64,000 nucleotides of DNA from positions 170,361-234,360 of the forward strand of contig JBBTSD010000001.1 of the NCBI GenBank assembly GCA_038064835.1, written 5' to 3'. The DNA comes from Patescibacteria group bacterium (GTDB lineage Bacteria; Patescibacteriota; Minisyncoccia; Phycocordibacterales; UBA2100). Numbering within the stretch: the stretch's first letter is position 1; every line of letters starts with the position of its first letter. Made by a program: the position numbers and the translations under genes. A model generated the notes under the pieces. The model was not told where the DNA came from and made no database searches. It worked only from the letters and a program-made list of their open reading frames with translations. Below, one piece after another: positions 50,450 to 59,551 of the stretch.

Positions 50450-50644
50450 ATGAATAGAAGTGTGTTTAAACAACTCGCCCAGGTAATGGAGCAGGGAGAG
50501 AAAGTGCTTTCAAGCCTGAGTAGCGATCAACGAGAAAAACTCGAAAAATCGTGGGATGTTGAGCATGCCTATTACTCCAGTGCTCTAGAAGGAAGTATGC
50601 TGGACAGGAAGGAGTTCGAGAAGCTTGCACAGGGCGTACATTAA
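50450..50644 (+). CDS. small Fic-antitoxin-like protein carrying the inhibitory S-x-x-x-E-G motif (class I FicA/VbhA-like)
   Basis: 64 aa from ATG 50450. YYSSALEGSMLD matches the (S/T)xxxE(G/N) inhibitory-helix motif. Lies 75 nt upstream of the Fic-domain gene, in a different frame. Confidence 0.5.
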   Translation: MNRSVFKQLAQVMEQGEKVLSSLSSDQREKLEKSWDVEHAYYSSALEGSMLDRKEFEKLAQGVH

Positions 50645-50718
50645 AACAGCATGCCTGTGCGGCCGGAAAACGAGGTGGAGCTACAGAAGCGCGAAGCGGC
50701 CGGCGTTATTCGCGCTTT

Positions 50719-51276
50719 GTGCGCAAGCATGCCCATTCGCGTGCGGATATAACATTGGATACCATTTTGGAAATCCATGCTGAAATATTCAAGGAAGCTT
50801 GGCCGGAGATTGCGGGCAAATACCGAATCGCCCCTGTCGAAATAACCAACTCGAAACACCTCCCGCCGCATCATACGGCGGTTCCGGGCCTTATGCTTGA
50901 ACTGGGAAAGGAGCTTGAAGCGCGATTGCAAACACTTGAGCGCGCAGAGGGTATGGTATCGAAAGTCATGGACACTAGTGACGAACGCTTCGGTACGATT
51001 CTCAGACTCCTACAAATCGCTGCGTGGTTGCACCATAAGATCACCCACATCCATCCGTTTTCGGATGGCAATGGCCGGACGGCGCGTCTGGCCGCGAATC
51101 TCATACTGGAACGATATGGACTTGTTGGGCTTTCAATAAAGGTAGAACGGGAGAACAAAGATCGATACCGTGCTGCATTGGCGCAGATGGATTTACACAG
51201 TGACGACGGGCCTCTCCTTGATCTTATGGTCGAAGGGATCATTGAGCGCTATAGCGGAGTTCCCAAGAAGATATAA
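50719..51276 (+). CDS. Fic/Doc-family protein (Fic motif HPFSDGNGRTARL), toxin partner
   Basis: 185 aa from GTG 50719. Canonical HPFx(D/E)GNGRxxR. Preceded by helices ITLDTILEIHAEIF typical of the Fic core. Confidence 0.8.
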   Translation: MRKHAHSRADITLDTILEIHAEIFKEAWPEIAGKYRIAPVEITNSKHLPPHHTAVPGLMLELGKELEARLQTLERAEGMVSKVMDTSDERFGTILRLLQIAAWLHHKITHIHPFSDGNGRTARLAANLILERYGLVGLSIKVERENKDRYRAALAQMDLHSDDGPLLDLMVEGIIERYSGVPKKI

Positions 51277-51379
51277 CTAGGGAAAAGGACGACCAAGGTG
51301 AGGTGTGAGAATAAACACACCTCTCGACAGCGCGTTCGAATGAAATGTTCCGGCAGAGAACTTTTGCTATACTGCGCAT

Positions 51380-51832
51380 GTGAAAGATGTCGTTCAGAAA
51401 CTTGCGCAAGATATCCTCGACAAGGGATATTTTCTCAGTCTTGCGACGCTTGACGGCGGCGGCTTGTGGGTCAGCGATGTCTTCTATGTTGCCGACGACG
51501 AGTGGAATATCTACTGGCTTTCGGCGCGCGACACTCGCCATTCGAAAGCCGTTGAGCAAAACCCCGAAGTTGCGGGAACAATAACCATAACCACAACACC
51601 ACAAGAGCCCAGTGAAGCACTTCAGATAGCGGGGCGTGCTGAAAGAGTCGGCGAAGAGTCGAACGAAATGGTAGAGAAGCTCTTTCTGCAAAAACGCGGC
51701 AAGGAAAAGAAAACCGAAGCAGGTAGAAACAAAGAAAGCCAATCGTGGTACAAACTCACCCCCACAAAGATACGACTGTCACACCAGGAGACATTTAACC
51801 TAGAGAAGCAGGATGTTGCTGTTAAGGGATAA
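51380..51832 (+). CDS. pyridoxamine 5'-phosphate oxidase-like (general stress protein 26-type) FMN-binding split-barrel protein
   Basis: 150 aa. LATLDGGGLWVSDVFYVADD...IYWLSARDTRHSKAVEQNPEVAG pattern of the PNPOx-like family. Confidence 0.65.
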   Translation: MKDVVQKLAQDILDKGYFLSLATLDGGGLWVSDVFYVADDEWNIYWLSARDTRHSKAVEQNPEVAGTITITTTPQEPSEALQIAGRAERVGEESNEMVEKLFLQKRGKEKKTEAGRNKESQSWYKLTPTKIRLSHQETFNLEKQDVAVKG

Positions 51833-51834
51833 AT

Positions 51835-51864
51835 TAGTTCCAACATCACCCAAGACAGCCAGAC
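51835..51864 (+). repeat. island repeat copy 3
   Basis: AGTTCCAACATCACCCAAGACAGCCAGACA begins 3 nt after the stop of gene 51380..51832. Confidence 0.55.
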
Positions 51865-51932
51865 AACCTGAGGCGTGCCCACGCTGCGCGGGCTTTCTTC
51901 ATATAGTTCGCTTGCTGGGTTAAGATGGAGTT

Positions 51933-52304
51933 ATGAAGGTCACAAGTGCCGCGACGCTCAAACGAGTGTATGGGATGATTTTTTCACGAATATACCCGCT
52001 GTACATTGCCAAGGCAGAGAAAAAAGGACGCACGAAAGCAGAAGTCGACGACATTATTCAGTGGCTCACAGGATACAGTCAGAAAAAATTGGAAACACAG
52101 CTGAGGAAGCAGGTCGATATCGAGACCTTCTTTGCAGAAGCGCCCCGAATGAATCCTTTGCGCACCCTGGTCAGGGGTCTCATCTGCGGTGTTCGGGTGG
52201 AAAATATCAAAGAACCGACCATGCGAGAAATCCGTTACCTGGATAAATTAATCGACGAGTTGGCGCAGGGAAAGTCGATGGAAAAGATTTTACGGAAACA
52301 GTAA
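51933..52304 (+). CDS. DUF2200-family protein
   Basis: 123 aa. [31 protein letters not shown]...[23 protein letters not shown] resembles DUF2200 members (from recall). Confidence 0.55.
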   Translation: MKVTSAATLKRVYGMIFSRIYPLYIAKAEKKGRTKAEVDDIIQWLTGYSQKKLETQLRKQVDIETFFAEAPRMNPLRTLVRGLICGVRVENIKEPTMREIRYLDKLIDELAQGKSMEKILRKQ

Positions 52305-52365
52305 GCTTCGAGCATCGGTTCCACCTTCATTCTAAATACAAAATTATCGAGTATACTTACATTCT

Positions 52366-52704
52366 ATGAAATTCCTTGTCACATACCAGATGCCGCACGC
52401 AGGACTCGACGATTGGCAAAAGATACCTGAGGCCGAACGAAAAACCCAAGAGGCGCACATGCAATCCGAGTGGGAATCTTGGATGGCGCAGCACAAAGAA
52501 TCTATTACCGAAACTGCCGGTATTGGAAAGCCAAAGCGCATTACCTCTGAGGGCATTGAGGACTCGCGCAACGATATTATGATGTATTCGTTTGTAGAGG
52601 CTGAATCATTGGAAGCAGCTGCAGACATATTTAGGAGTCACCCACATTTTGGTATTCCCGGTGGGTGGATAGAAGTCATGTCCGTAAACAAGAACATTGG
52701 CTAA
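52366..52704 (+). CDS. hypothetical small protein
   Basis: 112 aa, no motif. Its stop codon overlaps the first base of the palindromic element. Confidence 0.45.
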   Translation: MKFLVTYQMPHAGLDDWQKIPEAERKTQEAHMQSEWESWMAQHKESITETAGIGKPKRITSEGIEDSRNDIMMYSFVEAESLEAAADIFRSHPHFGIPGGWIEVMSVNKNIG

Positions 52705-52868
52705 GTAACTGTTCATAATCTCGTGGTACCCAATCTGAAAAATGCAGGTTTTGTGCGAAAAACAAGGCGGAGGCCGAAATGATGCAAAAGCGTCATTGAG
52801 GTCGAGCCGCGGTTTTGCAGCCAAAACCCGGCATTTTTCAGATAGGGGGAAGATTATGAACAGTTACT
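52704..52868. mobile_element. 165-bp imperfect palindrome with 17-bp perfect terminal inverted repeats (MITE-like element or giant bidirectional terminator)
   Basis: AGTAACTGTTCATAATC (52704-52720) versus GATTATGAACAGTTACT (52852-52868). Nested inverted pairs CTGAAAAATGC/GCATTTTTCAG and GGTTTTG/CAAAACC. Sits between convergent genes. Confidence 0.5.
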
Positions 52869-52894
52869 AAGGGCTCGTCTGTAAAGTCGCGCTG

Positions 52895-53590
52895 CTACAT
52901 CGGATCCTTGTTGCCTATATCTCGATAGTTCTTTCCTGTACCGAATGTGATCAAGATGATGATGGAGCCGGCAAGGATGCCTCCTACATTGAAAACGAAG
53001 ATGAGAGAAGCTTCCCTAAAGAGCGAGAGATCGAGTATGCTCAATGCGAGCGCACTCGCAACCAGGGGCGGCATAAGGGAAACCGCAACCCCGATACCAG
53101 TGAGCGCTCCGCCCACCTTGGCGCGCACATGTCCGTAGGCGGCTATGGCGCCCGCAATCAGCGCTATCGCGATATCGTAAAAGGGATGCGCGACGAATGA
53201 GATGAAAGTCCCGTTGATCGTGAATGGTGGCAAGAAGTGCGCCACGACGGCTGTGACGACAGCTGCAAGCAGTGAGGCAACCATGAGAGTTGAAAGTGAC
53301 CGCGCCGCAAGGCGCAGGTCTCCTACGGAAAGGCCGAGGCCGAGCGCCAAGATGGGAGCCGCGAGCGGTGCCACGATCATCGCGCCGATAAGCACTGGCA
53401 AACTGTCGAGTGCTATACCGCACAAAGCGAAGAGCGCTGCACCTACTACCAGTATATAAAAATCGCGGTCAGGCCGGGCGTTTTCAAGTAAGTCGAGAAT
53501 TGCTGTGCGTCTGCTTTCTTCACTGAACGGCCGTGTCTCAAAGAGAAATGCCATAAGAGCAGTGTACCACCAAGAATCTCTGGTAGGCAT
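52895..53590 (-). CDS. hypothetical polytopic membrane protein
   Basis: 231 aa, Ala/Leu-rich TM helices. Overlapping ORFs in other frames were ignored. Confidence 0.5.
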   Translation of the reverse strand: MPTRDSWWYTALMAFLFETRPFSEESRRTAILDLLENARPDRDFYILVVGAALFALCGIALDSLPVLIGAMIVAPLAAPILALGLGLSVGDLRLAARSLSTLMVASLLAAVVTAVVAHFLPPFTINGTFISFVAHPFYDIAIALIAGAIAAYGHVRAKVGGALTGIGVAVSLMPPLVASALALSILDLSLFREASLIFVFNVGGILAGSIIILITFGTGKNYRDIGNKDPM

Positions 53591-53714
53591 TGTGGAGTGA
53601 CCTTTCCGTATCGGGGACGAATAGTGGCAGGGGACTACTCTCCTGTGCCGTTTTCAAGTGAGTCCAGTATCCCGCTCTTCTGCACACCTGTTTGGGGATT
53701 GCCCCATTGCTCAA

Positions 53715-53731
53715 ATACCCCTAGGGGGTAT
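53715..53731. promoter_or_regulatory. CsoR-type operator palindrome upstream of csoR
   Basis: ATACCCC-TAG-GGGGTAT sits 10-26 nt upstream of the csoR ATG. It matches the GC-rich pseudo-palindromes bound by CsoR-family repressors (established knowledge). Confidence 0.6.
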
Positions 53732-53740
53732 ACTACAAGT

Positions 53741-54013
53741 ATGAAAGCAGAAATTAAAAAGAAAGTCCTGCGTCGTCTCAGCATTACTCAAGGCCAGCTT
53801 AAAGGTTTAGGAAAAATGGTTGCTGATGAAAGTTATTGCGTCGACATCATTACCCAAGCAAGTGCGATAAAAGAGGCTCTTTCCGGAGTCGAAAGTCTGA
53901 TTTTGGAAAACCACCTGACTACGCATGTGTTACATCAGATAAAGACGGGAAAAGAAAAGAAAGCCGTCGATGAAATCCTCAAGGTGTACAAGCTCGCTCA
54001 GAAGAAGAAATAG
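53741..54013 (+). CDS. csoR: CsoR/RcnR-family metal-sensing transcriptional repressor
   Basis: About 90 aa from ATG 53741. W-x-Y-C-x-D-I-x-x-Q core (ESYCVDIITQ) and downstream H/C ligands (HL..H). Confidence 0.8.
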   Translation: MKAEIKKKVLRRLSITQGQLKGLGKMVADESYCVDIITQASAIKEALSGVESLILENHLTTHVLHQIKTGKEKKAVDEILKVYKLAQKKK

Positions 54014-54037
54014 TTTAACAACATAGTTATATGTACC

Positions 54038-55585
54038 ATGAGTAACAAGTATCTTTATCTAGGAGGAATCATGCTGTTGGCCGTCGTTGTCTTTGGGACT
54101 ATGGACGGGAGTAATTCGTTGAAGCGTAACATCGCACCCGCGCTACAAAGCACGGTGGTCGAGCTCCAAGATGGGAATACTTACAACCTCACCGCACACT
54201 ACATTACCAAAACAATTGCAGGCAAAGAGCACACAATGCTCGCATACAATAATTCGATCCCTGGTCCTACAATTAAAATCGCACAAGGTGCAGAAATCAC
54301 GATAAACTTCAAGAACGACACTGATCTTCCTGCGCTCCTCCATGCGCACGGCGTGCGCATGGACAACGCGTTTGATGGGTCGCAACTACAGCAGGCAGAA
54401 ATGAAGCCTGGCGAGTCTTTTTCATACAAGCTGAAGTTTCCAGATGCAGGTGTGTATTGGTACCACCCACACGCAAAAGAAGTATTCGGTCAGGGGCTAG
54501 GACTCTATGGCGCGTTTATTGTTTCTCCCAATGACCCCAATTATTTCCCACCGGTAAATCGTGAAATGCCGATATTCCTTTCAGATGTACCCATCGAGAA
54601 AGGAAAGATAGCACTCGACAAGAACACAACAAGCCACTCTCTCATGGGTCACTATGGCAACGTCATGCTGACAAATGGAGAGGATGCATACAATCTTGAT
54701 GCAAAAGCCGGAGAGGTGCTTCGGTTGTATATTGTAAATGCCGCTAACGCTCGTCCGTTTAATTTCGCAATTAGAGGGTTAAAGCTCAAGCTGGTTGGGG
54801 CCGATAGTGGGGCATACGAGAAGGCGTCGTTCGTGGACAGTGTCATTCTCGGACCATCAGAAAGAGCGACCGTAGATGTTCTTGTCTCGGAGGCAGGGGT
54901 GTACGACATACAAAACAAGACACCAGACAGGACCTACCCACTCGGAACCATCTCCGCACGTAATGAAAGTGTCGTCGTGTCATACGCTGAAGAGTTTGGT
55001 GTTCTCCGAGACAACCAAGCAACGATGCAGAGTAGTAATCCATTCAAGGCCCTTGCTGATTCAGAGCCGACTAAACGGCTTGTACTCACGCTTGATATGG
55101 GAGGGAATGGGATGAATATGCAAGGTGGTGGTCATATGATGTCGGACGGCTCCGCGATGGGCGGCCCGATGATGTCGGGCAGTGCAGACGGCATCGAATG
55201 GGATGACACCAACCAGATGATGAATCAGATGTCCAATGCTGATGTAATAAAGTGGAAATTGGTCGATCAAGATACTGGAAAAGCAAACATGGATATTGAC
55301 TGGGTGTTCAAACAAGGAGAACCCGTCAAGATCAGAATCTTCAACGATCCGAAATCGATGCACCCCATGCAACATCCAATCCATTTTCATGGGCAGCGCT
55401 TCCTTGTTGTCGCCCGAGATGGGGTAAAGCAAACTAATCTAGTTTGGAAAGATACTACTTTAGTGAGAGCAGGGGAAACGGTTGATATTGTTCTGGATCC
55501 ATCAAACCCAGGAGAATGGATGGCACACTGCCATATTTCTGAACATCTAGAGGCGGGGATGATGCTCCGGTTTAGAGTGGACTGA
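54038..55585 (+). CDS. multicopper oxidase (CueO/CopA-like)
   Basis: Sec signal. Copper-ligand motifs HAHG, WYHPH, HPIHFHG and HCHISEHLEAGMM. Met/Gly/His-rich insert (GGHMMSDGSAMGGPMMSG). Confidence 0.9.
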   Translation: MSNKYLYLGGIMLLAVVVFGTMDGSNSLKRNIAPALQSTVVELQDGNTYNLTAHYITKTIAGKEHTMLAYNNSIPGPTIKIAQGAEITINFKNDTDLPALLHAHGVRMDNAFDGSQLQQAEMKPGESFSYKLKFPDAGVYWYHPHAKEVFGQGLGLYGAFIVSPNDPNYFPPVNREMPIFLSDVPIEKGKIALDKNTTSHSLMGHYGNVMLTNGEDAYNLDAKAGEVLRLYIVNAANARPFNFAIRGLKLKLVGADSGAYEKASFVDSVILGPSERATVDVLVSEAGVYDIQNKTPDRTYPLGTISARNESVVVSYAEEFGVLRDNQATMQSSNPFKALADSEPTKRLVLTLDMGGNGMNMQGGGHMMSDGSAMGGPMMSGSADGIEWDDTNQMMNQMSNADVIKWKLVDQDTGKANMDIDWVFKQGEPVKIRIFNDPKSMHPMQHPIHFHGQRFLVVARDGVKQTNLVWKDTTLVRAGETVDIVLDPSNPGEWMAHCHISEHLEAGMMLRFRVD

Positions 55586-55658
55586 GCTTTCAAGCGCGGC
55601 GCATGGTCTATTTACTAGCGTAAGTTATCAAAAATGCACAGGCTAAAAAGGAAATACT

Positions 55659-57971
55659 ATGCTCACACAAACCTACAGAGTAAAAGGGATGCACTGCGCG
55701 TCATGTTCCTCAACGATCGAGAAAGCCTTCAAAAAAACGGATGGTGTTGACTTGGCTGAAGTGAACTACGGTACTGAAACCGCAAAGGTATCTTTTGATG
55801 AACAAAAAACGAATCCCCGCGAGCTCTCGAAGAAAATTGAGAAACTTGGCTACTCTCTTATTCTTCCCACCGTAGACCACTCAACAATGTCCGCAGAAGA
55901 AATGGGGATGTCCCCCGACGAGCATGCGGCGCATCTCGGGTTGAAGCAGTCAAAAGAAGAGAAACTGAAAGAAGTTGCGGAAATGAAGACGAAATTACTC
56001 TCCGCAATTCCTATTGCGATTTTTGCGGGCTTCGTTATGAGTTGGGATATCTTGGCACAATTCAAGATTGTTTCTGCGATGCCGTATGTGTGGTCTGAAT
56101 TTTTCCATCACCTACTTCCAGCACTTGCCACCTATGTACTTTTTGTAGTAGGCAAACCATACTTACTGGGCGTGTACCGATTCCTGCGTTACGGCAAAGC
56201 CAACATGGACACATTGATCGGAATCGGAACACTCACGGCCTACCTCTACAGTTTGATGATTGCAGCGCTCGAGACACCACTGCGCTCTTATTTAAATGTC
56301 GAACAAGGTTATTACGATGTGACAATCGTGGTAATTACTTTTATCGCGCTCGGCAAATATCTTGAAGCGAAATCAAAATTAAAAACAGGTGATGCCATTG
56401 AGAAGCTCTTAAATCTGCAGGCAAAGACCGCATTAGTTGTAAGAGACGGCAAAGAGATTGAGATCCCGATTGATAGCGTGGCGCACGGTGAAATAATTGT
56501 CATAAAGCCTGCTTGGAAAATACCTGTCGACGGCACGGTGGTCGATGGTTCCTCATTCGTAGATGAATCAATGGTGACTGGTGAGCCAATGCCTATCAAG
56601 AAGGAGCCCGGAGATTCTGTCGTGGCCGGAACCATCAACACCTCAGGAGCGTTTACTTTTACAGCAACGAAAGTTGGATCAGAAACCCTACTTGCCCAAA
56701 TTATTAAAATGGTCGAAGATGCTCAGGGAAGCAAGGCGCCTATTCAGGCATTGGCTGACAAGATCTCGTCGGTTTTTGTGCCAGCAGTTTTGGTCTTGGC
56801 CGTCATCACCCTTGATGCGTGGCTGCTTTTCGGTACGCCGTACTTAGGATTTTCACAGGCACTCTCGTATGGCCTGGTTTCTTTCGTGGGAATCTTGGTC
56901 ATCGCGTGTCCGTGCGCCTTGGGACTCGCCACACCAACCGCGATCATCGTGGGGGTAGGTAAAGGTGCGCGCGAAGGGATTTTAGTGAAGGATGCGGCAA
57001 CTTTGGAAAAACTTCATAAAGTAAATACGGTAGTCGTAGATAAAACGGGAACTCTTACTCGAGGAAAGCCCGAACTGGCATCAATAAAAAATCTTTCGGG
57101 AAAATCAGAACACGAACTCATTTCGATATTGGCTGGATTGGAAAATAAGTCTGAACATCCGATTGCCCACGCCATTGTCTCATCTGCCAAAGACAGGGGA
57201 ATCGATCTCCCCGCGGTTGCCGATTTTGAAGCCATAAAAGGCAAAGGAGTAAAAGGACACATTGATAGCGTTGAATACTATGCAGGCAATACGAAACTGA
57301 TACAAGACCTTTCAATCAACTTTGACATCGAATCAATCGTCCAAGAGACAGCCGAAGGCAAAACGCCGGTCTTGCTCGCGACAAAAAAGGAGCTCTTGGG
57401 AGTTTTCATGGTTGCGGATGCGATAAAACCCGAAGCGATTGAAGCGGTAAAGAATCTGCACGCGCTGGGGATACAGGTGGTGATGTTAACTGGCGACAAC
57501 AAAAATACTGCGCGTTATATCGCAGGCCAGGTTGGCATTGATGAAGTGGTGGCTGAAGTTATGCCGGCTGAAAAGCTTGCCAAAATCGTCGAATTACAAA
57601 GCAGGGGTCACATTGTTGCCATGGCCGGAGATGGCGTCAATGACGCGCCAGCACTAGCCCAAGCTGATGTAGGTATCGCCATGGCCACGGGGACCGATGT
57701 GGCGATTGAGAGCGCAGGCATTACCTTGCTTCACGGAGACATCTCTAAACTGGTACAGGCCATACGACTGTCAAAACTTACCATGCGTGGGATCAAGCAG
57801 AATTTATTCTGGGCGTTCATCTACAATATTATTGGAATCCCTCTGGCGAGCGGAGTATTTTTCCCGCTCTTTGGCTGGCTGTTGTCCCCCGTTTTTGCGG
57901 GATTTGCTATGGCTATGTCGAGCGTGTCAGTAGTCGGGAATTCACTGCGCCTAAAGGTCAAAAAAATATAG
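55659..57971 (+). CDS. copA: copper-translocating P1B-type ATPase
   Basis: N-terminal HMA (GMHCASCSS), TM CPC motif, DKTGTLT phosphorylation site, GDGVNDAP hinge. Confidence 0.95.
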   Translation: MLTQTYRVKGMHCASCSSTIEKAFKKTDGVDLAEVNYGTETAKVSFDEQKTNPRELSKKIEKLGYSLILPTVDHSTMSAEEMGMSPDEHAAHLGLKQSKEEKLKEVAEMKTKLLSAIPIAIFAGFVMSWDILAQFKIVSAMPYVWSEFFHHLLPALATYVLFVVGKPYLLGVYRFLRYGKANMDTLIGIGTLTAYLYSLMIAALETPLRSYLNVEQGYYDVTIVVITFIALGKYLEAKSKLKTGDAIEKLLNLQAKTALVVRDGKEIEIPIDSVAHGEIIVIKPAWKIPVDGTVVDGSSFVDESMVTGEPMPIKKEPGDSVVAGTINTSGAFTFTATKVGSETLLAQIIKMVEDAQGSKAPIQALADKISSVFVPAVLVLAVITLDAWLLFGTPYLGFSQALSYGLVSFVGILVIACPCALGLATPTAIIVGVGKGAREGILVKDAATLEKLHKVNTVVVDKTGTLTRGKPELASIKNLSGKSEHELISILAGLENKSEHPIAHAIVSSAKDRGIDLPAVADFEAIKGKGVKGHIDSVEYYAGNTKLIQDLSINFDIESIVQETAEGKTPVLLATKKELLGVFMVADAIKPEAIEAVKNLHALGIQVVMLTGDNKNTARYIAGQVGIDEVVAEVMPAEKLAKIVELQSRGHIVAMAGDGVNDAPALAQADVGIAMATGTDVAIESAGITLLHGDISKLVQAIRLSKLTMRGIKQNLFWAFIYNIIGIPLASGVFFPLFGWLLSPVFAGFAMAMSSVSVVGNSLRLKVKKI

Positions 57972-57993
57972 CACTCATCTGTAATTCATCCGT

Positions 57994-59127
57994 ATGAAAA
58001 AATTACTATTGATCGCAGCAATCGGACTCGCGCTATCGCCGTTCATGATTAGCGCATTGGTTCTTAATCTTGATGCCGCAAACAGTTCTGAGGAGGGCTA
58101 TGACGAGAAAGTCTATGTTGCGATAGAGGCTGAAGGAAGAGTGGGTGTCATTGATACGGCGAGCAGAAAAATGATCAGGTCAATTGATTTGTCCGAGGTT
58201 CAAAATAATACATTTGTAAAGTATACAACCCATAATGTTCAAGTCGCGCCTGATGGGAGAATGGTTCTTGCTACAGCTAATGTTGATCGCGATGTGATGG
58301 GAGAAAATAAATCGGCCAAAGCGGAAGATGTTTCAGATGGGTTATTTGATAAGATTTTTATCATTGATCCGCTAAGCGACACAATAGTCGGGTCGCTGCC
58401 CATCGAAATTGATTCTCACCTTGCACATGTTGTTGTTACTAACGATGGCACCCTTGCCTATGTAGCTTCCCAAGTGAAAGACAGGCTTTACATTATCGAT
58501 CTCCGAGACAAAAAAATCATCAAGACTATTTCTCTTGATGAAGGAAGCGCGCCCCACGGTCTGCGTCTCTCGACGGACAATTCGAAGCTCTATGTTGCGT
58601 TAATCGGCGGAAAGGCGCTTGCCGAGATAGATCTCGAAAGTTACTCGGTTCGGAAATATCCATTGTCAGGCGCGGTAATCCAGACCGCGGTGTCTCCCGA
58701 TGGAAACTATGTGTTCGGGTCAGTGTATGACACAAAAAAAGTGGCATGGATCAATACGCTGACGAATGAACAAGGGTATATAGATTTGCCTGCGGATGCG
58801 AAAGGATCGGTACAACTCTACCCCACTCCCGATTCAAGGTATCTGTATGTCGTGAATCAAGGCTACTATTTTGAACAACCGACCGGAAATACAGTCTACC
58901 GGATTGATATTGAGCGCAAAAAAGTTGACGAGATCATTCCCGCAGGGGACGCGCCGCATGGTATTGTTGTGGACAAGAAGGGGCAGTTCGTGTATGTCAC
59001 CAATCTTCTCAGTGAAGATATTTCAATCATTGAGACCGCATCAAGTAAGGAAGTCGCTCGCGTGAAGGTCGGTGAAATGCCTAACGGCGTTAGCATATGG
59101 CATACACAGATGGGTGGGACACCATGA
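57994..59127 (+). CDS. secreted YVTN-family beta-propeller repeat protein
   Basis: Signal peptide. Repeated about 40-aa units with Y(V/I)..N / DG...YV patterns (LAYVASQ, LYVALIG, YVFGSVY, LYVVNQG, VYVTNLL). Confidence 0.7.
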   Translation: MKKLLLIAAIGLALSPFMISALVLNLDAANSSEEGYDEKVYVAIEAEGRVGVIDTASRKMIRSIDLSEVQNNTFVKYTTHNVQVAPDGRMVLATANVDRDVMGENKSAKAEDVSDGLFDKIFIIDPLSDTIVGSLPIEIDSHLAHVVVTNDGTLAYVASQVKDRLYIIDLRDKKIIKTISLDEGSAPHGLRLSTDNSKLYVALIGGKALAEIDLESYSVRKYPLSGAVIQTAVSPDGNYVFGSVYDTKKVAWINTLTNEQGYIDLPADAKGSVQLYPTPDSRYLYVVNQGYYFEQPTGNTVYRIDIERKKVDEIIPAGDAPHGIVVDKKGQFVYVTNLLSEDISIIETASSKEVARVKVGEMPNGVSIWHTQMGGTP

Positions 59128-59143
59128 ATTTTAAAAAATAGAT

Positions 59144-59551
59144 ATGATATCGAAAAAATTAAAATATATATTTGCCCTGTCCATACCGGTTTTTATCGCG
59201 CATGGAATAGAGGAGATACTCACGGGATTCTATGCTGTAGATGCGTGGGACGCATATCTTTTCCAGCCTTTCGCACAACTCTCAATGCACGGGGTCATGT
59301 TTGTAACCTTCCAGCTCATGTTCTGGTTGCTGCTCCTTGTCTCACTGGTGCTCCTATTGGGCGAGAAGTGGCGCTTCCACATGCTTGCGATTATAGGGGT
59401 TGTGTATGTCTTTGAGCTACACCACATCGTCAAGGCAGTTATAGCTGGCGGATACTATCCAGGGCTTGTTACCTCGCTCGCGTTCCCCGTCATTGCGTAT
59501 TTCTTTTGGATGGAGTGGTTAAAAAATTACAGGTTAATCAAGCAAAAATGA
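59144..59551 (+). CDS. HXXEE-domain membrane protein
   Basis: H-G-I-E-E motif (AHGIEEIL) in the first TM region, then three more TM helices. Confidence 0.5.
   Translation: MISKKLKYIFALSIPVFIAHGIEEILTGFYAVDAWDAYLFQPFAQLSMHGVMFVTFQLMFWLLLLVSLVLLLGEKWRFHMLAIIGVVYVFELHHIVKAVIAGGYYPGLVTSLAFPVIAYFFWMEWLKNYRLIKQK

Noticed and set aside
50450-51276. Reading the Fic locus as one gene destroyed by a TAA nonsense codon plus a frameshift
   Set aside because: Possible, but the upstream piece is a clean 64-aa ORF whose only conserved feature is the SxxxEG inhibitory motif characteristic of separate class-I Fic antitoxins. The two-gene interpretation is retained, with the pseudogene alternative flagged for checking.
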